64,000 bases of DNA from Escherichia coli. Its GTDB lineage: Bacteria; Pseudomonadota; Gammaproteobacteria; Enterobacterales; Enterobacteriaceae. This document shows positions 44,574-53,426 of the stretch, in pieces. A program made the translations under genes and the position numbers. Each line of letters starts with the position of its first letter. Positions within the stretch are counted from its first letter, which is position 1. Location of the stretch: assembly GCF_030013595.1 (NCBI RefSeq), contig NZ_CP122768.1; one strand, 5' to 3'. The notes beneath the pieces are model-generated. The model made no database searches. It saw nothing but the letters and a program-made list of their open reading frames with translations, and was not told the DNA's origin.

Positions 44574-45206
44574 ATGTCACTGAGCAGAACTCAAATTGTT
44601 AATTGGCTCACTCGTTGTGGCGATATTTTCAGCACCGAGAGCGAGTATCTTACCGGACTGGATCGCGAAATTGGCGACGCTGACCACGGGCTAAATATGA
44701 ACCGAGGTTTTAGCAAAGTGGTGGAAAAACTCCCTGCTATCGCAGATAAAGATATCGGTTTCATTCTCAAGAATACCGGCATGACGCTACTTTCCAGCGT
44801 CGGAGGTGCCAGTGGTCCGCTGTTCGGTACCTTCTTTATCCGCGCCGCACAGGCGACCCAGGCACGGCAAAGCCTGACGCTGGAAGAGCTTTATCAGATG
44901 TTCCGCGATGGCGCGGACGGCGTAATCAGTCGCGGGAAAGCCGAACCTGGCGATAAAACCATGTGTGATGTGTGGGTGCCGGTGGTGGAATCGTTACGTC
45001 AGTCCTGCGAGCAAAATCTCTCTGTTCCGGCGGCGCTCGACGCTGCCAGTAGCATCGCCGAATCCGCTGCACAAAGTACGATTACGATGCAAGCCCGCAA
45101 AGGCCGCGCCAGTTATCTCGGTGAACGCAGTATTGGTCACCAGGATCCCGGCGCGACCTCGGTGATGTTTATGATGAAAATGTTGGCGTTAGCCGCAAAA
45201 GAGTAA
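44574..45206 (+). CDS. dhaL: Dihydroxyacetone kinase, ADP-binding subunit
   Basis: ATG 44574 (MSLSRTQIVNWL) gives 210 aa; SD ggag 8 nt upstream. Confidence 0.95.
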   Translation: MSLSRTQIVNWLTRCGDIFSTESEYLTGLDREIGDADHGLNMNRGFSKVVEKLPAIADKDIGFILKNTGMTLLSSVGGASGPLFGTFFIRAAQATQARQSLTLEELYQMFRDGADGVISRGKAEPGDKTMCDVWVPVVESLRQSCEQNLSVPAALDAASSIAESAAQSTITMQARKGRASYLGERSIGHQDPGATSVMFMMKMLALAAKE

Positions 45207-45216
45207 GGAATTGGTG

Positions 45217-46635
45217 ATGGTAAACCTGGTCATAGTTTCACATAGCAGCCGACTGGGAGAAGGTGTCGGTGAATTAGCCCGTCAGATGTTAATGGGTGAT
45301 AGTTGTAAAATCGCCATTGCCGCGGGAATTGACGATCCACAAAATCCCATTGGTACCGATGCCGTCAAAGTGATGGAGGCCATCGAATCTGTTGCCGATA
45401 CCGACCATGTGCTGGTCATGATGGATATGGGTAGCGCATTATTGAGTGCTGAAACTGCGCTGGAATTGCTGGCTCCCGAGATCGCCGCAAAAGTACGTTT
45501 GTGTGCTGCACCGTTGGTCGAAGGTACACTGGCAGCAACGGTCAGCGCGGCCTCGGGGGCGGAGATCGACAAAGTTATCTTTGACGCCATGCATGCGCTG
45601 GAAGCCAAACGTGAACAACTGGGTTTACCCTCCTCCGACACTGAAATCTCTGACACATGTCCTCCGTACGATGAAGAAGCCCGTTCTCTGGCGGTGGTCA
45701 TTAAAAACCGTAACGGCCTGCATGTACGTCCGGCCTCCCGGCTGGTTTATACCTTATCGACATTTAATGCCGATATGTTGCTGGAGAAAAACGGCAAATG
45801 CGTCACACCGGAGAGTATTAACCAGATTGCGTTACTACAAGTTCGCTATAACGATACGCTGCGCCTGATTGCGAAAGGGCCAGAAGCTGAAGAGGCACTG
45901 ATCGCTTTCCGTCAGCTGGCTGAAGATAACTTTGGTGAAACGGAGGAAGTTGCTCCACCTATTCTGCGTCCCGTTCCGCCTGTTTCGGGTAAAGCCTTTT
46001 ATTATCAACCGGTTTTATGTACGGTACAGGCAAAATCAACCCTGACCGTGGAAGAAGAACAAGAACGATTACGCCAGGCCATTGACTTCACGTTATTAGA
46101 TCTGATGACGTTAACAGCGAAAGCAGAAGCCAGCGGGCTTGACGATATTGCCGCAATCTTTTCTGGTCACCATACACTGTTAGATGATCCGGAACTACTG
46201 GCGGCGGCAAGCGAACTCCTTCAGCATGAACATTGCACGGCAGAATATGCCTGGCAGCAAGTTCTTAAAGAACTTAGCCAGCAATACCAGCAACTGGATG
46301 ATGAATATCTACAGGCTCGCTATATTGATGTGGACGATCTTCTGCATCGCACCCTGGTCCACCTGACCCAAACGAAAGAAGAACTCCCGCAGTTTAACTC
46401 GCCAACTATTCTACTGGCGGAGAACATCTATCCCTCCACAATACTGCAACTGGATCCGGCGGTTGTAAAAGGTATCTGCCTTAGCGCCGGAAGTCCGCTA
46501 TCCCACAGCGCCCTGATCGCCCGTGAACTGGGGATTGGCTGGATTTGCCAGCAAGGTGAGAAACTGTATGCGATACAACCAGAAGAAACGCTAACGCTGG
46601 ACGTTAAAACGCAACGTTTCAGCCGTCAGGGTTAA
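45217..46635 (+). CDS. dhaM: Dihydroxyacetone kinase phosphotransfer subunit (EIIA-HPr-EI fusion)
   Basis: 472 aa from MVNLVIVSHSS; PTS HPr-like and EI-like segments. Confidence 0.94.
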   Translation: MVNLVIVSHSSRLGEGVGELARQMLMGDSCKIAIAAGIDDPQNPIGTDAVKVMEAIESVADTDHVLVMMDMGSALLSAETALELLAPEIAAKVRLCAAPLVEGTLAATVSAASGAEIDKVIFDAMHALEAKREQLGLPSSDTEISDTCPPYDEEARSLAVVIKNRNGLHVRPASRLVYTLSTFNADMLLEKNGKCVTPESINQIALLQVRYNDTLRLIAKGPEAEEALIAFRQLAEDNFGETEEVAPPILRPVPPVSGKAFYYQPVLCTVQAKSTLTVEEEQERLRQAIDFTLLDLMTLTAKAEASGLDDIAAIFSGHHTLLDDPELLAAASELLQHEHCTAEYAWQQVLKELSQQYQQLDDEYLQARYIDVDDLLHRTLVHLTQTKEELPQFNSPTILLAENIYPSTILQLDPAVVKGICLSAGSPLSHSALIARELGIGWICQQGEKLYAIQPEETLTLDVKTQRFSRQG

Positions 46636-46643
46636 ACCACCGT

Positions 46644-46672
46644 TCGGATGGCATCGTTCTGATGCCATCCGG
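46644..46672 (+). terminator. Perfect hairpin downstream of dhaM (possible terminator or REP-like element)
   Basis: cggatggcatc-gttct-gatgccatccg perfect 11-bp stem; no strong U-tract. Confidence 0.4.
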
Positions 46673-46954
46673 CTATTTACTCTGCACTAATGTTTTTTAA
46701 CTATCTGTTATATTTTTCACCAATTTATGATGATTTTTCTTCGCTAATCGCGAACCCAACGCCGCTGACTGGCTAACAAACAGACGTTATTTGATCACTC
46801 TATTTCGCCGTTATTTATCCCTTTAATTCCCTTTTCTAAAATGCCTGACCGTTCGCAGAATGAGATTTCGATCATGCAGCTAGTGCGATCCTGAACTAAG
46901 GTTTTCTGATACTTGAATACCGTTTTATTCGGTTTCGCCAAAGGAGAATGATTG

Positions 46955-48652
46955 ATGAAATCCCCCGCAGCTTCTCGCCCGCTAAAAATGGCGTTAATTC
47001 CAGCCTGCATTTTTTTGTGTTTCGCTGCGCTATCGGTGCAGGCAGAAGAAACACCGGTAACGCCACAGCCGCCTGATATTTTATTAGGGCCGCTGTTTAA
47101 TGATGTGCAAAACGCCAAACTTTTTCCGGACCAAAAAACCTTTGCCGATGCCGTGCCGAACAGCGATCCGTTGATGATCCTTGCTGATTATCGGATGCAG
47201 CAAAACCAGAGCGGATTTGATCTGCGCCATTTCGTTAACGTCAATTTCACCCTGCCGAAAGAGGGCGAGAAATATGTTCCGCCAGAGGGGCAATCACTAC
47301 GCGAACATATTGACGGACTTTGGCCGGTATTAACGCGTTCTACCGAAAATACCGAAAAATGGGATTCTCTGTTACCGCTGCCGGAACCTTATGTCGTGCC
47401 GGGCGGACGTTTTCGCGAGGTATATTACTGGGACAGTTACTTCACCATGTTAGGGCTTGCCGAAAGCGGTCACTGGGATAAAGTCGCGGATATGGTAGCC
47501 AATTTTGCTCATGAAATAGACACTTACGGGCATATTCCCAACGGCAACCGCAGTTACTATTTAAGCCGCTCGCAACCGCCCTTCTTTGCCCTGATGGTAG
47601 AGTTACTGGTGCAGCATGAAGGCGATGCCGCGTTGAAGCAATACCTGCCGCAAATGCAAAAAGAATATGCTTACTGGATGGACGGTGTTGAAAACCTGCA
47701 AGCCGGACAACAGGAAAAACGCGTTGTAAAACTTCAGGATGGTACCCTTCTCAACCGCTACTGGGACGATCGCGATACGCCACGACCAGAGTCATGGGTG
47801 GAAGATATTGCCACCGCCAAAAGCAATCCGAATCGACCTGCCACTGAAATTTACCGCGACCTGCGCTCTGCCGCTGCGTCTGGCTGGGATTTCAGCTCGC
47901 GCTGGATGGACAATCCGCAGCAGTTAAATACCTTACGCACCACCAGCATCGTACCGGTCGATCTGAACAGCCTGATGTTTAAAATGGAAAAAATCCTCGC
48001 CCGCGCCAGCAAAGCTTCCGGAGATAACGCGATGGCAAACCAGTACGAAACGCTGGCGAATGCCCGTCAAAAAGGGATCGAAAAATACCTGTGGAACGAT
48101 CAACAAGGCTGGTATGCCGATTACGACCTGAAAAGTCATAAAGTGCGCAATCAGTTAACCGCTGCCGCCCTGTTCCCGCTGTACGTCAATGCGGCAGCGA
48201 AAGATCGCGCCAACAAAATGGCGACGGCGACGAAAACACATCTGCTGCAACCAGGCGGCCTGAACACCACGTCGGTGAAAAGTGGACAGCAATGGGATGC
48301 GCCAAATGGCTGGGCTCCCCTGCAATGGGTGGCGACAGAAGGGTTGCAAAACTACGGGCAGAACGAGGTGGCGATGGACATTAGCTGGCACTTCCTGACC
48401 AATGTTCAGCACACTTATGACCGGGAGAAGAAGCTGGTCGAGAAATATGATGTCAGCACCACCGGAACAGGGGGCGGCGGTGGCGAATATCCATTACAGG
48501 ATGGCTTTGGCTGGACCAATGGCGTGACGCTGAAAATGCTGGATTTGATCTGCCCGAAAGAGCAACCGTGTGACAATGTTCCGGCGACGCGTCCACTCAG
48601 TGAATCAACAACACAGCCGGTAAAACAAAAAGAGGCGGAACCTACGCCTTAA
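46955..48652 (+). CDS. treA: Periplasmic trehalase
   Basis: 565 aa from [30 protein letters not shown] (signal peptide); glycoside hydrolase family 37 motifs. Confidence 0.95.
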   Translation: MKSPAASRPLKMALIPACIFLCFAALSVQAEETPVTPQPPDILLGPLFNDVQNAKLFPDQKTFADAVPNSDPLMILADYRMQQNQSGFDLRHFVNVNFTLPKEGEKYVPPEGQSLREHIDGLWPVLTRSTENTEKWDSLLPLPEPYVVPGGRFREVYYWDSYFTMLGLAESGHWDKVADMVANFAHEIDTYGHIPNGNRSYYLSRSQPPFFALMVELLVQHEGDAALKQYLPQMQKEYAYWMDGVENLQAGQQEKRVVKLQDGTLLNRYWDDRDTPRPESWVEDIATAKSNPNRPATEIYRDLRSAAASGWDFSSRWMDNPQQLNTLRTTSIVPVDLNSLMFKMEKILARASKASGDNAMANQYETLANARQKGIEKYLWNDQQGWYADYDLKSHKVRNQLTAAALFPLYVNAAAKDRANKMATATKTHLLQPGGLNTTSVKSGQQWDAPNGWAPLQWVATEGLQNYGQNEVAMDISWHFLTNVQHTYDREKKLVEKYDVSTTGTGGGGGEYPLQDGFGWTNGVTLKMLDLICPKEQPCDNVPATRPLSESTTQPVKQKEAEPTP

Positions 48653-48666
48653 CTTTGCTGTATATC

Positions 48667-48710
48667 GAGCAATGCCATTATGTGCATAAAATTGGCATTG
48701 CTCTTTTTTC
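48667..48710 (+). terminator. Rho-independent terminator of treA
   Basis: gagcaatgcca...tggcattgctc stem with T6 run. Confidence 0.65.
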
Positions 48711-48982
48711 GCCACGAAATGCCCCCCATTCTACGGTCTATGCCTTTATTTTCTTTTATCAGAGAAGATTTTAATTTTATTTTATCAATTTGTTAATCAT
48801 TACACCTCTATTTATATTTTTCGCCACTCCGCCATTCTCCCTGACAATTTTCTTGTGGAACAAAGTGTTATTTAAGCAACAAGCAAATCATTCTGTCTCT
48901 TTAGACAAATTTTGACATCAAACATGATTTTTTTCGATATATATGTAAATATATAGCGGTTTTTATTATCAGGATATAACTT

Positions 48983-50005
48983 ATGTCACTAACCAGACGG
49001 AGGTTTACACAGATTCTTGCGTCGACATTGTTCCTGCATCATCTGCCGTCCTTTGCACAATCAGTCAAATTCTGGGCCTCACTGACGCTTCCCGAAGCCC
49101 AAAACATTACACGCATCGTCAGCGCAGGCGCGCCCGCCGATTTACTATTGCTGGCTGTCGCGCCAGAAAAAATGGTCGGTTTTTCCTCTTTTGATTTTGC
49201 CCGTCAGGCATTAATTCCATTGCCAGAGCACATTCGCCAGTTCCCCAGGCTGGGACGACTCGCCGGGCGCGCCAGCACACTCTCGCTGGAAGGGCTTATG
49301 GCGTTACATCCCGATTTGGTCGTTGATTGCGGCAATACGGATGAAACCTGGATCTCCCAGGCACGGCAGGTTAGCGAACAGACACAAATACCCTGGTTAT
49401 TGCTTAACGGGAAACTGGAACAATCAGCAGAACAGTTAACAACGCTTGGCAAAACGTTAGGCGAAGAGCACCGCACCGCAGAACAAGCCAATCTCGCCAG
49501 CCGCTTCGTTGGTGAAGCTCAGGCATTCGCCACCTCACCCGCCGCTAACCTCAGCTTTTATGCTGCGCGCGGTCCTCGAGGGCTGGAAACGGGCTTACAG
49601 GGTTCGTTGCATACCGAGGCGGCGGAATTATTAGGTTTGCACAACGTCGCGCAAATAGCCGATCGCCACGGTCTGACACAGGTTTCCATGGAAAATCTCC
49701 TGCGCTGGCAGCCGGATATTATTCTGGTTCAGGAGGCCGTTACTGCAGATTTTATTCGTCGTGATCCTCTCTGGCAGGGCGTGAAAGCGGTTGCGGAACA
49801 ACGCATCTTATTTTTAAGTGGCCTGCCCTTTGGCTGGCTGGATGCCCCGCCGGGAATCAACCGTCTTCTGGGATTACGCAGACTTCACGCCTGGCTGGAT
49901 CCCGCCATCAATCGCCAGTTTAAAAGTGACATGCAGCATTACGCCCAACTGTTCTGGCATTGCCCATTAAGTGACGCCGACTATCAAAAATTGGTGGCGA
50001 GCTAA
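48983..50005 (+). CDS. ABC transporter periplasmic substrate-binding protein (FecB/BtuF-like, class III) with Tat-type signal
   Basis: 340 aa; N-terminus MSLTRRRFTQILASTLFLHHLPSFAQ has twin-arginine motif; SD agga upstream; first gene of operon; stop overlaps next start (TAATG). Confidence 0.85.
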   Translation: MSLTRRRFTQILASTLFLHHLPSFAQSVKFWASLTLPEAQNITRIVSAGAPADLLLLAVAPEKMVGFSSFDFARQALIPLPEHIRQFPRLGRLAGRASTLSLEGLMALHPDLVVDCGNTDETWISQARQVSEQTQIPWLLLNGKLEQSAEQLTTLGKTLGEEHRTAEQANLASRFVGEAQAFATSPAANLSFYAARGPRGLETGLQGSLHTEAAELLGLHNVAQIADRHGLTQVSMENLLRWQPDIILVQEAVTADFIRRDPLWQGVKAVAEQRILFLSGLPFGWLDAPPGINRLLGLRRLHAWLDPAINRQFKSDMQHYAQLFWHCPLSDADYQKLVAS

Positions 50006-50985
50006 TGAGAACCGTAAACGGATGTATTTTGCTGCTGGCAGCTATCAGTATCACTTTTGCCGCCGTAAGTGGGGCTTATCATCTCGATATACAGCAACTG
50101 CTGGCGCTCATTCTGCGTCAAGAAAATGTTCCTGTGCAGGAACAAATTGTCTTCTGGCAAATCCGCGTGCCGCGTATTCTTGCTGCGCTGTTTCTGGGCG
50201 CGGCGCTGGCAGGGGCCGGAACCACCTATCAGGGAATGTTCCGTAATCCCTTAGTGTCACCGGATATTTTAGGCGTCTCCGCCGGTGCCGGACTTGGTGC
50301 CTGCGCGGCAATCCTGTGGGGATTATCCATTGTTTACATCCAGCTGTACGCATTTTGCGGCGGGCTGATGGTGGTCGCGGGCGTCTGGTTGATTACGCGT
50401 CGGGTGACCCGCCACGATCCGATCTTAACCCTGGTGCTGGTAGGCATTGCGTTAGGAACGTTGTGCGGAGCGGGGATATCGCTAATAAAAACGCTGGCCG
50501 ATCCTTACACCCAGTTACCGTCAATTACCTTCTGGTTGCTGGGGGGGCTGTCCACCGTGACCTTACGCGATCTCTGCTATGCTGCACCGATCATTCTCAT
50601 AGGCTCCTTGCCCCTGTTTTTTCTCCGCTGGCGCATGAATTTACTCACGCTTTCCGACGACGAAGCCCGTTCGCTGGGACTGAACGTGACACGTCTGCGC
50701 TTTGGATTAATTGTCTGCGCCACACTAATCACCGCCAGCACGGTAGCAATAGCGGGCATAATTGGTTGGGTCGGCCTGGTCGTTCCGCACATTGCCCGCT
50801 TGTTGACCGGTCATAACCATCAGCAGCTGTTGCCCATGGCAATGTGTACTGGCGCGATTCTGCTCCTGCTTACCGATACGCTGGCACGCAGCATTGGAAC
50901 AACAGAAATCCCACTTGGCATTCTGACCGCTTTTGTTGGTGCACCGTTTTTCCTGTTTTTGTTGTTACGCGGAGGTCGCCAGTGA
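50005..50985 (+). CDS. ABC transporter permease, FecCD family
   Basis: 326 aa polytopic protein with FecCD-type conserved region. Confidence 0.88.
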   Translation: MRTVNGCILLLAAISITFAAVSGAYHLDIQQLLALILRQENVPVQEQIVFWQIRVPRILAALFLGAALAGAGTTYQGMFRNPLVSPDILGVSAGAGLGACAAILWGLSIVYIQLYAFCGGLMVVAGVWLITRRVTRHDPILTLVLVGIALGTLCGAGISLIKTLADPYTQLPSITFWLLGGLSTVTLRDLCYAAPIILIGSLPLFFLRWRMNLLTLSDDEARSLGLNVTRLRFGLIVCATLITASTVAIAGIIGWVGLVVPHIARLLTGHNHQQLLPMAMCTGAILLLLTDTLARSIGTTEIPLGILTAFVGAPFFLFLLLRGGRQ

Positions 50986-51740
50986 CTTTGCTTGCCGTCC
51001 GTCATGCGTCTCTGGGTTACTCCCGCCATCCGGTGCTACGCGACGTGTCCTTCACCCTGTCGCAAGGAACAATTTGTTGTCTGTTAGGAGCCAATGGTTG
51101 CGGCAAAACCACACTCATGCGCTCCATTCTTGGCGTTATACCGTTATTAAAAGGCGAGATCTTACTGGATAGCCTCCCTGTGCAGACACTCAGCCATCGC
51201 CAGCGCGCGCAGGCTATTGCCTGGGTGCCGCAGGCGCACGACGGCATTTTTGCTTTTAGTGTGCTGGATATGGTGTTGATGGGCCTGGCCCCCACCATAG
51301 GCGCTTTTTCCGTTCCCGGTAAGCAAGAACGCCTGAAAGCAACGGAGCAACTGGAAAAGCTGGGCATTTTGCATCTGGCGACACGACGCTGGAATACGCT
51401 TAGCGGCGGTGAACGTCAGCTGGCTTTAATCGCTCGTGCACTCGTCCAGCAACCGCGCTTGTTATTACTGGATGAGCCTGCCTCCAGCCTCGATTTCGGT
51501 CATCAGATCCAACTACTGGACACGCTGGCGCAGCTCAAAAATAACGGCATGACAATGTTAATGTCGACTCATCATCCGCTCCATGCCAACGCCATTGCCG
51601 ACAGCATTATCCAGGTAGAGCCAGATGGACGAGTAACACAAGGCTTACCGACCGAACAGTTAACAACGAACAAACTGGCTGCCCTGTACCGGGTTTCTGC
51701 CGACCAGATTCACCATCACCTCTCTGCAATTAAGCACTAA
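50982..51740 (+). CDS. ABC transporter ATP-binding protein
   Basis: GTG 50982 overlapping permease stop (GTGA); Walker A GANGCGKTT, signature LSGGERQ, Walker B LLLLDEP; 252 aa. Confidence 0.85.
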   Translation: MTLLAVRHASLGYSRHPVLRDVSFTLSQGTICCLLGANGCGKTTLMRSILGVIPLLKGEILLDSLPVQTLSHRQRAQAIAWVPQAHDGIFAFSVLDMVLMGLAPTIGAFSVPGKQERLKATEQLEKLGILHLATRRWNTLSGGERQLALIARALVQQPRLLLLDEPASSLDFGHQIQLLDTLAQLKNNGMTMLMSTHHPLHANAIADSIIQVEPDGRVTQGLPTEQLTTNKLAALYRVSADQIHHHLSAIKH

Positions 51741-51749
51741 GGAAAAATC

Positions 51750-52550
51750 ATGCTCATTGACGATATTGATTTTGCAGACCTTTACCTTCAGCAACTCAGG
51801 CTGGCCCATCGCACAGAAAAAACGCCGGATCACTGGGATCAACGGGCGGAAAATTGCGCCTCGCCTACGGACAGCTACCTGCAACAACTGATCGCTAAAA
51901 TTGACCTACAAGGCGCTCAGACCTTATTCGATATGGGCTGCGGACCGGGTACCGTATCGCTGGCGCTGGCTGACAAACTCACGACGATTTATGGCGTTGA
52001 TTACAGTCAGGGGATGCTGAAGGTTGCCGCCCGTCGCGCCGCCGCGCTAAAGGCAGACAATGTCCACTGGATCCAGCGCGCCTGGGAAGAGGACTGGAGT
52101 GACCTGCCACGCTGCGATATTGCCGTGGCTTCCCGCTCCACTCTGGTGGCTGATATGCGCCAGGCAATGAGCAAACTGAATAATCAGGCACGGCTTCGCG
52201 TCTATACGACTCATCTGGTCAGCACCTCGTTCGTCTCTCCAGCCATTCAGCGGGCGGCTGGTCGGGAAGTGATCGAATTACCCAACTATATCTTTGCGCT
52301 CAACGTCCTGTATCAGATGGGAATTTATGCTCACGTTGATTTTATCCGTGGACAAAATTGCCAACAGGATAACAGCACCTGGGAACGTTTTGAGCAGAAC
52401 GTCAGCTGGAGTCTGGGCGCGCTTAACGACGATGAGCGTGAGCGGTTATATCGCTGGTATCAACAACAAGATGCTCGTGCCCTCGCCCCTGCCAGCCGCG
52501 ACTGGGCGCTCATCTGGTGGGATAGCGTACCGCAAGAGGCACTGCGATGA
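51750..52550 (+). CDS. SAM-dependent methyltransferase (class I)
   Basis: 266 aa; motif I LFDMGCGPGTVSLALA; SD aagga upstream; 4-nt overlap with next gene. Confidence 0.78.
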   Translation: MLIDDIDFADLYLQQLRLAHRTEKTPDHWDQRAENCASPTDSYLQQLIAKIDLQGAQTLFDMGCGPGTVSLALADKLTTIYGVDYSQGMLKVAARRAAALKADNVHWIQRAWEEDWSDLPRCDIAVASRSTLVADMRQAMSKLNNQARLRVYTTHLVSTSFVSPAIQRAAGREVIELPNYIFALNVLYQMGIYAHVDFIRGQNCQQDNSTWERFEQNVSWSLGALNDDERERLYRWYQQQDARALAPASRDWALIWWDSVPQEALR

Positions 52551-53401
52551 TTTTCCTTTCTCAGGCACAAATCGATGCGTTACTTCTGGAAGATATCCAG
52601 GGCGGTGACCTGACCACGCGAGCATTAAATATTGGACACCAGCATGGCTATATAGAGTTTTTTCACCGTCAGGGCGGCTGCGTCAGCGGAATTTCTGTCG
52701 CGTGTAAGATGTTAACTACGCTGGGATTAACTATTGATGACGCGGTCAGCGACGGTTCACAAGCGAACGCGGGTCAGCGGCTAATCCGTGCGCAGGGTAA
52801 TGCCGCAGCACTTCATCAGGGATGGAAGGCAGTCCAGAATGTGCTGGAGTGGAGTTGCGGTGTTTCTGATTATCTCGCTCAAATGCTGGCGTTACTTCGT
52901 GAACGTTACCCTGATGGCAATATCGCCTGCACCCGAAAAGCAATTCCGGGCACCCGCTTACTGGCCTCGCAGGCAATTCTGGCTGCCGGAGGACTGATTC
53001 ATCGTGCCGGATGTGCGGAAACCATATTATTGTTTGCCAACCACCGCCATTTTCTTCATGACAATCAGGACTGGTCAGGCGCAATCAATCAGTTACGTCG
53101 CCACGCACCCGAGAAGAAAATAGTTGTTGAAGCCGACACGCCGAAAGAGGCAATCGCCGCGTTACGCGCGCAACCAGACGTACTTCAGCTCGACAAATTT
53201 AATCCGCAACAGGCAACTGAAATTGCGCAAATAGCACCGTCGCTGGCTCCTCACTGCACGCTGGCTCTGACCGGCGGAATTAATCTGACAACACTCAAAA
53301 ATTACCTCGACTGCGGCATTCGCCTTTTTATTACCTCCGCGCCTTATTACGCGACACCAGCTGACATTAAAGTCAGTCTGCAACCCGCAGCCTCTATTTA
53401 A
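52547..53401 (+). CDS. ModD / nicotinate-nucleotide pyrophosphorylase (QPRTase)-fold protein
   Basis: 284 aa; resembles ModD/NadC family (family assignment from sequence impression, not searched). Confidence 0.7.
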   Translation: MIFLSQAQIDALLLEDIQGGDLTTRALNIGHQHGYIEFFHRQGGCVSGISVACKMLTTLGLTIDDAVSDGSQANAGQRLIRAQGNAAALHQGWKAVQNVLEWSCGVSDYLAQMLALLRERYPDGNIACTRKAIPGTRLLASQAILAAGGLIHRAGCAETILLFANHRHFLHDNQDWSGAINQLRRHAPEKKIVVEADTPKEAIAALRAQPDVLQLDKFNPQQATEIAQIAPSLAPHCTLALTGGINLTTLKNYLDCGIRLFITSAPYYATPADIKVSLQPAASI

Positions 53402-53426
53402 TTCTTTGTTAAACGGAATTTATTCT

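Noticed and set aside
48720-48982. Possible Fur box or metalloregulator site upstream of the uptake operon
   Set aside because: Searched the AT-rich region for GATAATGATAATCATTATC-like sequence; only weak partial matches (ttattatcagg), so no regulator site is claimed.
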